A stretch of DNA of 64,000 nucleotides from positions 186,001-250,000 of the IMG/VR virus record IMGVR_UViG_3300042402_002641; one strand, 5' to 3'. Position numbers and translations under genes: made by a program. The number at the start of each line of letters is the position of its first letter. Positions within the stretch are counted from its first letter, which is position 1. This document shows positions 48,521 through 58,183 of the stretch, in pieces. A model generated the notes under the pieces. That model was given only the letters and a program-made list of their open reading frames with translations. It was not told the DNA's origin and did not search any database.

Positions 48521-50180
48521 TATTTTTTATGTTTCTAAAACTGCAGGTAATGACAGTGACTGGGAATATATCAAGTCTAAATATCCCCTTGCGCATCGGT
48601 TAACCAACATAAGATCTTTTGACGACATTAAAATTAATTCTTTCACTAAGATGTTTTGGGTCATCTGGGATGATATACATCTAATAGACACATTTGATCT
48701 AACAGAATATAAAGCCACTAAGTGGGACGACATGTATGTTCACGTTTTTAAAAACGGAGAACATCACGATGGAGTATGTTTATTTCCTAAAGTATTGAAC
48801 ATCTCGCAACGAGAGTTTTATCATAGATTTTTTACAGAAAAAAAAGAAATAGATATTTTAGCGAGCGTTCCTAAGAAATACAATGTATACTCACCTTCAA
48901 ATTATGACGAGTATTTGTCTATTGATGATGAAATGTTTTGGTTAGTTTGGCCAGAAGTTGAAATTATAGACGAATCAGTTTTTAAATTGTATTTTAGTCA
49001 TCATAATACCTACGATCGTAGAGAAAATCATATTTTTAAAAACACATGTAATAACGATGAATCGTATATGAGTGGAGTTATTCTCTGTAGTAAGTATAAA
49101 CAAATTTCATCTCGAGAGTTTGAAAAACAATATGTGATCGATAAAAAAGAACATGATATAATTGCGAGTAGATTTCGATATCCGACGTATGTTATTCACA
49201 GCTATGAACAATATCTAGAAATTCTTAAAAATTTAAAAAATAAAATGTTTTGGGGTATATGGCCCGAAGTTGAAATAATTGACACAGAAATCTTTGATTT
49301 TTACTTCGATCCCAACAATGGAACATACGACCATGATAGAAAAGAAAATCATACATTTAAACATCTGTTTAACAACACCGAAATTTATATTAACGGTGTA
49401 GTATTATTTTCTAAAGAAAAACAAATTAGTCAAAGAGAGTTTATTCATAGATTTTTGATTAATAAAAAAGAACACGATAGAATAGTATCAAAACATCGAC
49501 TATATGATGTTGTGTTTATATCTTACAACGAATCTAATGCAGATGAAAATTACAATAAGTTACTTAATAAGTGTCCTAGAGCAAAAAGAATACACGGGGT
49601 TGAAGGTATACATCAAGCACACATTGAAGCAGCATCTATTTGTAATACAGATATGATTTGGATAGTTGACGGAGATGCAATTATTGAAGATAGTTTTGAT
49701 TTTGATATAGTTATGTCTAGTTATGATATTAATTGTGTACATGTGTGGCGTAGTCGTAATCCTATTAATGATTTAGAATATGGCAATGGCGGTGTTAAGT
49801 TATTGCCTAGAAAGTTAACATTAGATATGGACAAAACTACTCCGGATATGACAACAAGCATATCTAAAAAGTTTAAAGTCATGAATACTGTGTCAAATAT
49901 TAATTCTTTTAATACTGACGAATTTACTACGTGGAGATCGGCATTTAGAGAATGCTGCAAATTAGCCAGTAGAGTAATTAAACGGCAATATGAAGACGAA
50001 ACACAACAGCGATTAGATATTTGGTGCAGTGTAGGGAAAGATAAACAATACGGCGATTTTGCAATAATGGGTGCTAAAATGGGTAGACAATACGGATTAG
50101 ATAATAAAAATAATCCTGAAGCGTTGCAAAAGATTAATGATTTTAAATGGCTAAGGAATATATTTAATAATGCTTACTGA
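48513..50180 (+). CDS. Glycosyltransferase-like protein with three internal repeats plus a complete C-terminal domain
   Basis: Three MFW..W...H.FK...G..L..K..IS.REF...KE.D modules, then a domain paralogous to 47603-48520 (VDGD, YGNGG.K, WRSAFRE..KL). Confidence 0.6.
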   Translation: MYDIFYVSKTAGNDSDWEYIKSKYPLAHRLTNIRSFDDIKINSFTKMFWVIWDDIHLIDTFDLTEYKATKWDDMYVHVFKNGEHHDGVCLFPKVLNISQREFYHRFFTEKKEIDILASVPKKYNVYSPSNYDEYLSIDDEMFWLVWPEVEIIDESVFKLYFSHHNTYDRRENHIFKNTCNNDESYMSGVILCSKYKQISSREFEKQYVIDKKEHDIIASRFRYPTYVIHSYEQYLEILKNLKNKMFWGIWPEVEIIDTEIFDFYFDPNNGTYDHDRKENHTFKHLFNNTEIYINGVVLFSKEKQISQREFIHRFLINKKEHDRIVSKHRLYDVVFISYNESNADENYNKLLNKCPRAKRIHGVEGIHQAHIEAASICNTDMIWIVDGDAIIEDSFDFDIVMSSYDINCVHVWRSRNPINDLEYGNGGVKLLPRKLTLDMDKTTPDMTTSISKKFKVMNTVSNINSFNTDEFTTWRSAFRECCKLASRVIKRQYEDETQQRLDIWCSVGKDKQYGDFAIMGAKMGRQYGLDNKNNPEALQKINDFKWLRNIFNNAY

Positions 50181-51531
50181 AGAAAAAAAATACAAAAAAG
50201 TTATTGAAATTTTAGATTCTGTTAGTCCGAGTTTTTGTCTAGCAAAATGGCATCAATTAACATTGTATCTACAAAATGGATTTAATCATAGCTGTCACCA
50301 TCCTAGTCCTCATCAGGTGCCGTTGGAGGAACTAGCTGTAAATCATAAAGCGTTGCATAACACACAATTTAAAAAAAAGCAGATGCAAAAAATGTTAGAT
50401 GGCGAGCGTCCTAGTGAATGTGATTATTGCTGGAAAGCAGAAGATGCAGGCAGAATAAGTGATCGTGTTTATAAGAGTGCATCGTCATGGGCAAAAATTA
50501 ATTTTGATTCTGTAATAGAAAATAAAACAGCAGATGTTAATCCCGCTTATCTAGAAATTAGTTTTAGCAATGTTTGCAATTTTAAATGTGCTTATTGTAG
50601 TCCAGATTTAAGCAGCCAATGGTTTGAAGAAATTAAAACTCACGGCCCGTATCCAACATCATACAAATACAATAATTTTGATTGGTTTGAAAAAACAGGA
50701 AAAATGCCTATTAAACATAGTGACTATAATCCTTATGTTGAAGCTTTTTGGAAATGGTGGCCTGAGTTATATAGAGATCTACATACCTTAAGATTGACCG
50801 GAGGTGAACCATTATTAAGCAAAGATGCTTGGAAAATGATAGATTATATTGAGGACAATCCTAATAAAAATTTAGTGTTTGCTATCAATACTAACTTATG
50901 TGTACCTGATGAGTTAGTTGATAAAATAATATCGAAGATACAAAATATTTCTATAGATACTAAAGAATTTCAGTTTTTTACCAGTGGTGAAGCACTAGGA
51001 GCTCCTGCTGAATATATCAGATATGGTCTTGATTACAACAAATGGTCTGCTAATCTAGAAAAAGTTTTAGATAACACAAATGTTATTGTTGCAATTATGA
51101 CTACAGTTAACTTAACCAGTGTAACTACCTATGCCGACTTTTTGAGATACATTTTAGATCTCAGAGGAAAATATAATAAAAACGCCGATTTTAATAAAGT
51201 TCAGTTCATGACAAACTTTTTAAGATACCCTGAATTTTTATCTTTGACACTACTAGATCGAGAAACTAAAGCAACATTTACTCAAGATATCGAAACTCTA
51301 ATAGCAGAGAGAGGTGTCTGGGACGGCTTTGCTACATTAACTTTTTCTGAAGTCGATCAACTACGGCGCATGCTAGATTATATGAATTCTTCAATAGATG
51401 ATGACAAATTAACATTATTAAGAACGGATTTTAAATCGTTTGTTGACGAATATGACCGTAGACGAAATACTAATTTTAATCAAGTATTTCCTGAATTAAC
51501 TAACTTTTACAACCTATGCAACAAGACATAA
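50170..51531 (+). CDS. Radical SAM enzyme 1 with N-terminal SPASM/Twitch-like Cys domain
   Basis: CNFKCAYC, TGGEP, NTN; N-terminal FC..KW...SCHH...CDYC. Confidence 0.9.
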   Translation: MLTEEKKYKKVIEILDSVSPSFCLAKWHQLTLYLQNGFNHSCHHPSPHQVPLEELAVNHKALHNTQFKKKQMQKMLDGERPSECDYCWKAEDAGRISDRVYKSASSWAKINFDSVIENKTADVNPAYLEISFSNVCNFKCAYCSPDLSSQWFEEIKTHGPYPTSYKYNNFDWFEKTGKMPIKHSDYNPYVEAFWKWWPELYRDLHTLRLTGGEPLLSKDAWKMIDYIEDNPNKNLVFAINTNLCVPDELVDKIISKIQNISIDTKEFQFFTSGEALGAPAEYIRYGLDYNKWSANLEKVLDNTNVIVAIMTTVNLTSVTTYADFLRYILDLRGKYNKNADFNKVQFMTNFLRYPEFLSLTLLDRETKATFTQDIETLIAERGVWDGFATLTFSEVDQLRRMLDYMNSSIDDDKLTLLRTDFKSFVDEYDRRRNTNFNQVFPELTNFYNLCNKT

Positions 51532-52844
51532 GAAAAACAATAGAGCTCATCAACGATATCAGTCCTAGTTTTTGTGCGGCCAAATGGTATAATGCCACTA
51601 TCTGGTTAGGGAATGGTCGCACCGCCAGTTGCCATTTGCCTCCGGCGCACAGTATTCCCTTAGAAGAAATTAAAAATAATCCAAGTGCTTTACATAATAC
51701 GACATTTAAAAAACATCGAAGACTAGAAATGATTCAAGGCAAAAGATGCAAAGAATGTGCATACTGCTGGACTGTAGAAGATAATGCTTCTCCTGATGTA
51801 TACAGTGATCGTGTCTATAAGACCAGGATTTATCAAGAAAACGAAATATTGCAATTAGCCAGACTTGATCCTCAAGCAGATATTGATCCTAAAACATTAG
51901 AAATTAGTTTTGATAATTTATGTAATTTAAGTTGCAGTTATTGTAATTCAGAATTCAGCACAACCTGGGCCAGCGATATTAAACTTAATGGCCCGTATAC
52001 TGAATTAAAGACTCAGGGCGGTGGTGCATTTCAAAATTCAGGTGAACATGCATTGCCCTATGGCATTAAGAATGAAAATAATCCCTATATAGAAGCTTTT
52101 TTTAAATGGTTTCATGCTAGCCTTAAAAACAATTTACAAGAGCTTAGAATTACCGGAGGGGAACCTACACGAAGTCCTTGGTTTTGGAAATTATTAGACG
52201 AATGCAAAGATACAAAATTTGATTTTGCAGTTAACAGTAATCTTATAATGGACCAAAATAAACTTGCACAACTCATTGATGCTAGTAAAAAATTTAAAAA
52301 GTTTGATTTATACACCAGCGGAGAGGGCTATGGCGCTCACGGTGAGTTTATTAGATGGGGATTAGATTATAGTTTATGGAGAAAAAATTTAATTCAGTTT
52401 GCTCAAGAAGGCAAATACAGTATGATCCATGTAATGATGACTATTAGTGCTTTGAGCATTTGGTCAATAACTGAATTCATGACAGATATGCTAGAATTAA
52501 GAAAACAATTTGGTGGTCATCAATTCCACATGAGTCTTAATTTAGTGAGATTTCCTAGCTTTCAAAATTTGAATGTGTTGCCGATAGATCTAAAACAAAT
52601 CCAGGTAAATAAAATCGAAACGTGGCTCAGTGATGCTGTTGGGTTAAGTTCATCCGAACAAAATCAAATAGAAAGAATCGTTGAGTATCTTAAAAATGTT
52701 GATCGCAGTCAAGAAGACACAGATAGCCAAGAAAATAAACAGCATGATTTAAAAAAATTTACACAACAATATGCTGATAGAAAAAATGTTGATCTCTCAA
52801 CAGTATTTCCAAAAGAATTCACACAATGGTTTAACACAATATGA
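51516..52844 (+). CDS. Radical SAM enzyme 2 with N-terminal SPASM/Twitch-like Cys domain
   Basis: CNLSCSYC, TGGEP, NSN; N-terminal FC..KW...SCHL...CAYC. Confidence 0.9.
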   Translation: MQQDIRKTIELINDISPSFCAAKWYNATIWLGNGRTASCHLPPAHSIPLEEIKNNPSALHNTTFKKHRRLEMIQGKRCKECAYCWTVEDNASPDVYSDRVYKTRIYQENEILQLARLDPQADIDPKTLEISFDNLCNLSCSYCNSEFSTTWASDIKLNGPYTELKTQGGGAFQNSGEHALPYGIKNENNPYIEAFFKWFHASLKNNLQELRITGGEPTRSPWFWKLLDECKDTKFDFAVNSNLIMDQNKLAQLIDASKKFKKFDLYTSGEGYGAHGEFIRWGLDYSLWRKNLIQFAQEGKYSMIHVMMTISALSIWSITEFMTDMLELRKQFGGHQFHMSLNLVRFPSFQNLNVLPIDLKQIQVNKIETWLSDAVGLSSSEQNQIERIVEYLKNVDRSQEDTDSQENKQHDLKKFTQQYADRKNVDLSTVFPKEFTQWFNTI

Positions 52845-54055
52845 ACGAAGATAAATTCTGTATAATACCTTGGATACACCTTAACACAGAACCCAATGGG
52901 CGTGTTAAACCGTGTTGTGCATATTTTGGAGAAGAGTCGGGAAATTTAAAAAATACTACACTAGAAGAAATATGGAATAACGAACATACTAAATCTATGC
53001 GTAGAAGCTTTTTAGAAAATAAAATCCCAGAAGGATGTCTAACCTGTACTAAAAAAGAAAGCAGTGGCGGAGTAAGCTACCGGATGGCAGTCACTGAAAG
53101 ATTCAGTCATCATATCGAAAAAGCTAAAAGTAATACATTGCCCGATGGTACCTATGAAACATTTGAAATAATTTTTTGGGATTTTAGATTTAGTAATATC
53201 TGTAACTTTAAATGCCGTATGTGTGGCCCCGGCGCAAGCAGTTCTTGGTACGACGATTTTAGTCCGGAAGAAAAGAAAACTAACATAAAATTCTTAGACA
53301 GTTCTTACTATGGAACTGATTTAATGAAATATGTTGACCAGTTTATCGATAGTGTTGAAGAAATTTATTTTGCAGGCGGTGAACCGTTGCTTATGGCTGA
53401 ACATTATCAAATATTAGATAAGTTAATTTCTAAAGAACGCTATGATGTATTTTTAAGATACAACACCAACATGAGTACTATTAAGTATAAAGACTATGAC
53501 TTAATCAACATATGGAAAAGATTTAAGAGCGTGAAAATATTTGCCAGTATTGACGGTATAGAAGAAAACGCAGAATACAGCAGATCAGGCACGGACTGGC
53601 CAAAGGTAGAAGAAAATTTAAAAAAACTGGTAAACTCTAAAGTTGACTACGTTGTATCTAGTACTATAAACATCTTTAATGTTTTTAATTTTACACACTT
53701 AGTAGACAGACTAATAGAATTAAAAATGTCAACTAGAAAGATGTTAGTAAGTCATGTTAACTGGCCTCATTACTACATGACTTCAATTCTGCCGGAAGAT
53801 ATAAAGGATAAAATAAGATTACAGTTAGACGAACACCTAGAAAAAATAACCCCAACAATTACAGAAGAAGAAAGTAGGTGGCTTGGTAACTTATACAACG
53901 AGATTAAATTTTATCTAATACCTACAACTTCACCAGAAGAAACTGTTAAATTGCGGAAAAAATTTAAGTATGATACTGTTAAATTAGATAGTATCAGAAA
54001 AGAAGATATTAGAATCGCTGCGCCCGAATTAGCTGAATGGTTTGATACATTATGA
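52841..54055 (+). CDS. Radical SAM enzyme 3 with N-terminal SPASM/Twitch-like Cys domain
   Basis: CNFKCRMC, AGGEP, YNTN, SIDG; N-terminal FC..PW...G.VKPCC...GNL....LEEIWN...CLTC. Confidence 0.9.
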   Translation: MNEDKFCIIPWIHLNTEPNGRVKPCCAYFGEESGNLKNTTLEEIWNNEHTKSMRRSFLENKIPEGCLTCTKKESSGGVSYRMAVTERFSHHIEKAKSNTLPDGTYETFEIIFWDFRFSNICNFKCRMCGPGASSSWYDDFSPEEKKTNIKFLDSSYYGTDLMKYVDQFIDSVEEIYFAGGEPLLMAEHYQILDKLISKERYDVFLRYNTNMSTIKYKDYDLINIWKRFKSVKIFASIDGIEENAEYSRSGTDWPKVEENLKKLVNSKVDYVVSSTINIFNVFNFTHLVDRLIELKMSTRKMLVSHVNWPHYYMTSILPEDIKDKIRLQLDEHLEKITPTITEEESRWLGNLYNEIKFYLIPTTSPEETVKLRKKFKYDTVKLDSIRKEDIRIAAPELAEWFDTL

Positions 54056-55260
54056 ACGATAAATTTATTTGCGACTTTCCCTGGGTGCATCTAAGTGTGT
54101 TTCCACAAGGTAATTGTACAATTTGTTGTGTAGCCAAACATTCCGGAAAAGGTAACGGGCATTCATGGAATCGTATTAGCGAAGATAAAACTAAAACTGT
54201 TACAGTAATGAATAGCACAGTTTCAGAAATCATTAACTGTGATAATTACAGGGCAATTAGATTAGATATGCTTGCTGGAAAAGTTCCGACAGCATGCGAA
54301 GGATGTCACCAGGTAGAGCAAGCAGGCGGCAGAAGTAAGCGACAATTAGAAACTAATCGAAATTTAGATCATGCGGCATTAACTGCCGATGATGGAGCTA
54401 TCAAATCAGACTTACGACACATAGAACTACGCCTAGGCAACTTTTGTAATCTGAAATGTCGAAGCTGCAATGCAGATTCTAGCACAAGTTGGATTCAAGA
54501 CTATTATAAACTTAAAGATACAGTAAAGTTAGCCAGCGGTTATCATTGGATTAAAAGCAATCCCGAATTTAGCTTTGACTGGGTCGATGATGAATCGTTT
54601 TACGACCAGTTAACAGAGCTAGCACCTAATCTTGAACAAATACATATCAGTGGCGGCGAACCATTTTTAGTGCCTACGCATTTTAAATTGTTAGAAAAAC
54701 TTGTTCGCGAAGGCAAGACTGATATTGCTATACACTATCATACCAATTTGAATTACAAGTGGGAGAAAATTACTCCGGCATTAGACCTGCTTACACAATT
54801 CAAAGAAGTACATATTAATTTTAGTATCGACGATGTAGAAGAACGAAATACTTATATTAGAAGTTTAAGTGATTGGAATTTAACTATAAGTAATTTAAAA
54901 TTATTTCTAACACACTACAATTTCATTTTTGCTGTTACTCAAACTGTAAGTGTATATAACTTTATGTATGTAGAAGAATTAACACAATATCTTAAAGAAA
55001 ACAATATTTACATTAAAGTGCGTTTGAATCATGTGCAGAGTCCGGATTACTTAGATGCTAATGTATTGCCTAAGCAAGTACGCCAAGATAAGATTAATTC
55101 GTTACAAGGAATTGTCATTCCCCGTATATGGGAAGATTTATACGGTCATTATTACAATCCGGAAGCTAACGGCCAGTGGGATTATTTTAAATACTTTACT
55201 GAAAAAATCGACGCAGTACGTAACGAAAACTTAAATGATATTTTTCCAAAACTTGCATGA
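54052..55260 (+). CDS. Radical SAM enzyme 4 with N-terminal SPASM/Twitch-like Cys domain
   Basis: CNLKCRSC, SGGEP, HTN, SIDD; N-terminal C..PW...ICC...CEGC. Confidence 0.9.
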   Translation: MNDKFICDFPWVHLSVFPQGNCTICCVAKHSGKGNGHSWNRISEDKTKTVTVMNSTVSEIINCDNYRAIRLDMLAGKVPTACEGCHQVEQAGGRSKRQLETNRNLDHAALTADDGAIKSDLRHIELRLGNFCNLKCRSCNADSSTSWIQDYYKLKDTVKLASGYHWIKSNPEFSFDWVDDESFYDQLTELAPNLEQIHISGGEPFLVPTHFKLLEKLVREGKTDIAIHYHTNLNYKWEKITPALDLLTQFKEVHINFSIDDVEERNTYIRSLSDWNLTISNLKLFLTHYNFIFAVTQTVSVYNFMYVEELTQYLKENNIYIKVRLNHVQSPDYLDANVLPKQVRQDKINSLQGIVIPRIWEDLYGHYYNPEANGQWDYFKYFTEKIDAVRNENLNDIFPKLA

Positions 55261-56057
55261 AATTTATTTTTTTAAAAACTGGTGATTATTTAGACCTAGA
55301 GCCTAATAATACTCCTATTGCGTCTGCGTGGTTTGATTATATTTTTTCTAAGCAGATGAATATGAGTTATTTTGCTAGAGATGCATTGTTTGTAACTCGA
55401 ACTAATGACACTATTAAAGATCTAAATTCCGCAATCGATATTGTACATCAATTTGCTATAGAAAAGAACTTGCCCCAACTTATTTTTAATAAAATTATTG
55501 ACCTTGACCAATCATGGCTTAATGCTTCTCATAAAAAGTGGGTAAAATACACACACGAATTAAAAAACATTGTTAACGGCGACGATACAAAACAACACTA
55601 TCCTGCCGTTGTAAAATCTTGGCAAAACATTAATCTGTTTATCCATTCGTTAGAAAACTATTACTCGGCTTATTTTACTAATACTAAAGGCGCATATCTA
55701 GAAGACGTCAAAGTCAATATAAGACCAGAAGATTGCGAGTACGCACAACATGACTTAATTCTAAGATTTGACGATTTAGGTAAACACCAATACGATCAAT
55801 GGTTGACAGGCAGTAGTGTTGACTGGGAAACTAGTAACTACAAGACAATATCGGCGAGATTTGAATACGCATATAATCCGCAAACAATTAAAGGATTACA
55901 GCCAAATCAAGATTATATTAACTGGTGTTCTAAAAACAACTTACAAGCAATGCCGCCGTTTATTATTTTAGGAAATTTTAAAAAGAATAGATGGGACGTT
56001 AAACAACTTATGCATCAAAATCTATCGAAAGGATTAGAAGTAGGATTTGAGTTATGA
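55257..56057 (+). CDS. Hypothetical protein with LN..H and IH.LE motifs
   Basis: 266-aa ORF ATGA-coupled on both sides. Confidence 0.55.
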   Translation: MKFIFLKTGDYLDLEPNNTPIASAWFDYIFSKQMNMSYFARDALFVTRTNDTIKDLNSAIDIVHQFAIEKNLPQLIFNKIIDLDQSWLNASHKKWVKYTHELKNIVNGDDTKQHYPAVVKSWQNINLFIHSLENYYSAYFTNTKGAYLEDVKVNIRPEDCEYAQHDLILRFDDLGKHQYDQWLTGSSVDWETSNYKTISARFEYAYNPQTIKGLQPNQDYINWCSKNNLQAMPPFIILGNFKKNRWDVKQLMHQNLSKGLEVGFEL

Positions 56058-56899
56058 AGATATATGTAAACGGTGATAGTTTCACCGACGGTGACGGTCT
56101 AGCTGATGCAGAAACATTCCCGGGCATGTACCCGGGACATCATCATGCAGATGGAAATCTAATTGTAGATCGCCGGTGGTCAAATGCTCGGCACGATATA
56201 CTGTCAAATGACTTGTCATTATGGGACACATATCGTAATAATAATCGGAAATATGTTTGGGCAACAATATTAGGAGAGCTTGTTGGTGCTAGTGTGGTTA
56301 ATAATGCCGTTGGTGGTTCTTGTATGATGGGAATTGCAACTAGGACTATTGCAGATCTTAGCTCAATACACCTACGTGCAAATTTGCCAGACTACGTCTT
56401 TATAGGATTAACAATGTCTGATCGTCTAGGATGGTACGATAAAGAACATACAGAAAACAATCATACAGGAAGTTGGGTTAAAACAGCTATACCCGCATTC
56501 AGCGAAAGAATGTTACCCGAACACTATAAAAAGATGTTCATGGCTACATGGGCAACACTGTCTGACGAAGAATTGCTTATAAATTATCTAAAAGAATGTT
56601 TACAAATTAAAAATTATGTTAAGCGAAGAATTGGCCGAGATCCTATTTTTTTAAATACCTCATACCAATTTTGGGAGTATAAAAATATAGTTCAATCATC
56701 TAAAAATCAATGGCTTAGAATGCTTTGGTTCGAGTTATTAGAATTTGATAAGATTAACCCCCAATGGTTTAATTCTGGATCGTTTGACATTGTAACAGCT
56801 TGTGGACATGCTATTCCGGAAGTTCATTCTCAATTTGCAAGAGATATAGCTAGAGAACACTTTGGTTGGGGCAAAAGTCCGGTTGACAAAGATGCCTAG
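56054..56899 (+). CDS. SGNH/GDSL hydrolase-fold protein 1
   Basis: YVNGDSFTDG block I, N.AVGG block II, C-terminal CGH. Confidence 0.65.
   Translation: MKIYVNGDSFTDGDGLADAETFPGMYPGHHHADGNLIVDRRWSNARHDILSNDLSLWDTYRNNNRKYVWATILGELVGASVVNNAVGGSCMMGIATRTIADLSSIHLRANLPDYVFIGLTMSDRLGWYDKEHTENNHTGSWVKTAIPAFSERMLPEHYKKMFMATWATLSDEELLINYLKECLQIKNYVKRRIGRDPIFLNTSYQFWEYKNIVQSSKNQWLRMLWFELLEFDKINPQWFNSGSFDIVTACGHAIPEVHSQFARDIAREHFGWGKSPVDKDA
56876..56895. repeat. 20-bp direct repeat, copy 1 (AGTCCGGTTGACAAAGATGC)
   Basis: 18/20 identical to 57778-57797. Confidence 0.8.
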
Positions 56900-57788
56900 A
56901 ATTTTTCTTCCAACAGTTAACGAATATCGAGAAATAAATCGCATTGTAGCATTTGGGTGTAGCCAAACCGCAGGCTCAGAACTTCTTGATTCAAAAAGAT
57001 ATCCAAACATTCCTGATGTAGAATTAAAAAAACACAGCCTAGGAATAGAAGGATGGCACAAATATTCAGAGAATGAATCAAATCTGCCGTTACATTTTAA
57101 AATACAAGACGAAGAACGTATGTTAGCGTGGCCTGCACAACTAGCAAAACTTTATAACATTCCTATTCATAACTATGCCGAGCCAGCAACTGGCAATGAG
57201 CAACAGATGGCACAATTCTTAAAAGCAAAATCTGAAGGTGTTATTAGTAACGACACACTAGTGCTCTGGGGATTTACTAGTATGAATCGAGGCTTTTGGA
57301 TTGACCAAGAACAAGGATGTTCATATTATCTGCTCGGTAATAACAAGATCTTTAAACAACCCGTTGACATAAACATGTTTAATGAAAAACTGTGGTATAA
57401 CGGTATAAATTCAGATTATATGTTAGCATGGAGATATTATCAAAGTTTATCTACTATCTTCCATTGGGCTAACGAAATATGTAACGAACAGTTTTTATTC
57501 ATTCAGGCATTACATTATTCACCAAGTTACGAACAATGGTCTGCTAAAATAGAAGGTCCAGTAAATCCAACGGTCGAGCTGTTAATGCAAAGATTTTGGG
57601 ATACTATAAAATACAATTACGAAATAAAATACCCAATTTTTAAAGATTTTGAGCAGACAAATCTGTTCACTTGGAGTAAAAGTATTGGCGGTCGACTAGG
57701 GTGCGGGCATCCAACATTAGATGCACATGAAAAATATGCACTTTTAATTAAAAATGAGCTTGACCGGTTAGAACAAGAGTCCAGTTGA
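56892..57788 (+). CDS. SGNH/GDSL hydrolase-fold protein 2
   Basis: AFGCSQTAG block I, NYA....GN, C-terminal CGHP...H; likely start ATG 56892 (track start 56862). Confidence 0.65.
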   Translation: MPRIFLPTVNEYREINRIVAFGCSQTAGSELLDSKRYPNIPDVELKKHSLGIEGWHKYSENESNLPLHFKIQDEERMLAWPAQLAKLYNIPIHNYAEPATGNEQQMAQFLKAKSEGVISNDTLVLWGFTSMNRGFWIDQEQGCSYYLLGNNKIFKQPVDINMFNEKLWYNGINSDYMLAWRYYQSLSTIFHWANEICNEQFLFIQALHYSPSYEQWSAKIEGPVNPTVELLMQRFWDTIKYNYEIKYPIFKDFEQTNLFTWSKSIGGRLGCGHPTLDAHEKYALLIKNELDRLEQESS

Positions 57789-57797
57789 CAAAGACGC
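57778..57797. repeat. 20-bp direct repeat, copy 2 (AGTCCAGTTGACAAAGACGC)
   Basis: 18/20 identical to 56876-56895. Confidence 0.8.
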
Positions 57798-57877
57798 AGA
57801 ATGATTACAAATGCGTATCATTTTCCGTTGGATGAAGTCAATTACTTACATGAGACTGAATTTTAATTGCAAATACG

Positions 57878-58183
57878 TTAGAAAATATTCTTAGAGGAAT
57901 CAGTAATATCCTTCTTTAATCTTTCTACATCGACTTTAAAATCTATTTTTGTAATTTCGTTTTTGTATTCTTGAAGAGTGTTAAGTAGGATATCGGCAAT
58001 ATCCTCCGGTCTTTGTTTTTCTAATTCGGTATGAACATCTATTTCCCATACCCTGCCATCTTTGAATTCTAGATGTACTAGATCCAAATAGGCCACAGGC
58101 ATGGTATTCATATAGAGATCTTCAAAAACTTCCGGCCACTCTTTGACAAGATGTCGAGGTGGCCTAAACAACGGATTAGGCAT
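57878..58183 (-). CDS. Hypothetical phage protein
   Basis: 101-aa ORF (WPEVF...P..Y...F.DG..W), overlapping the upstream gene. Confidence 0.6.
   Translation of the reverse strand: MPNPLFRPPRHLVKEWPEVFEDLYMNTMPVAYLDLVHLEFKDGRVWEIDVHTELEKQRPEDIADILLNTLQEYKNEITKIDFKVDVERLKKDITDSSKNIF

Noticed and set aside
56883-57790. TTGACA in the two 20-bp repeats as -35 boxes
   Set aside because: Neither has a credible -10 hexamer at 16-18 nt.
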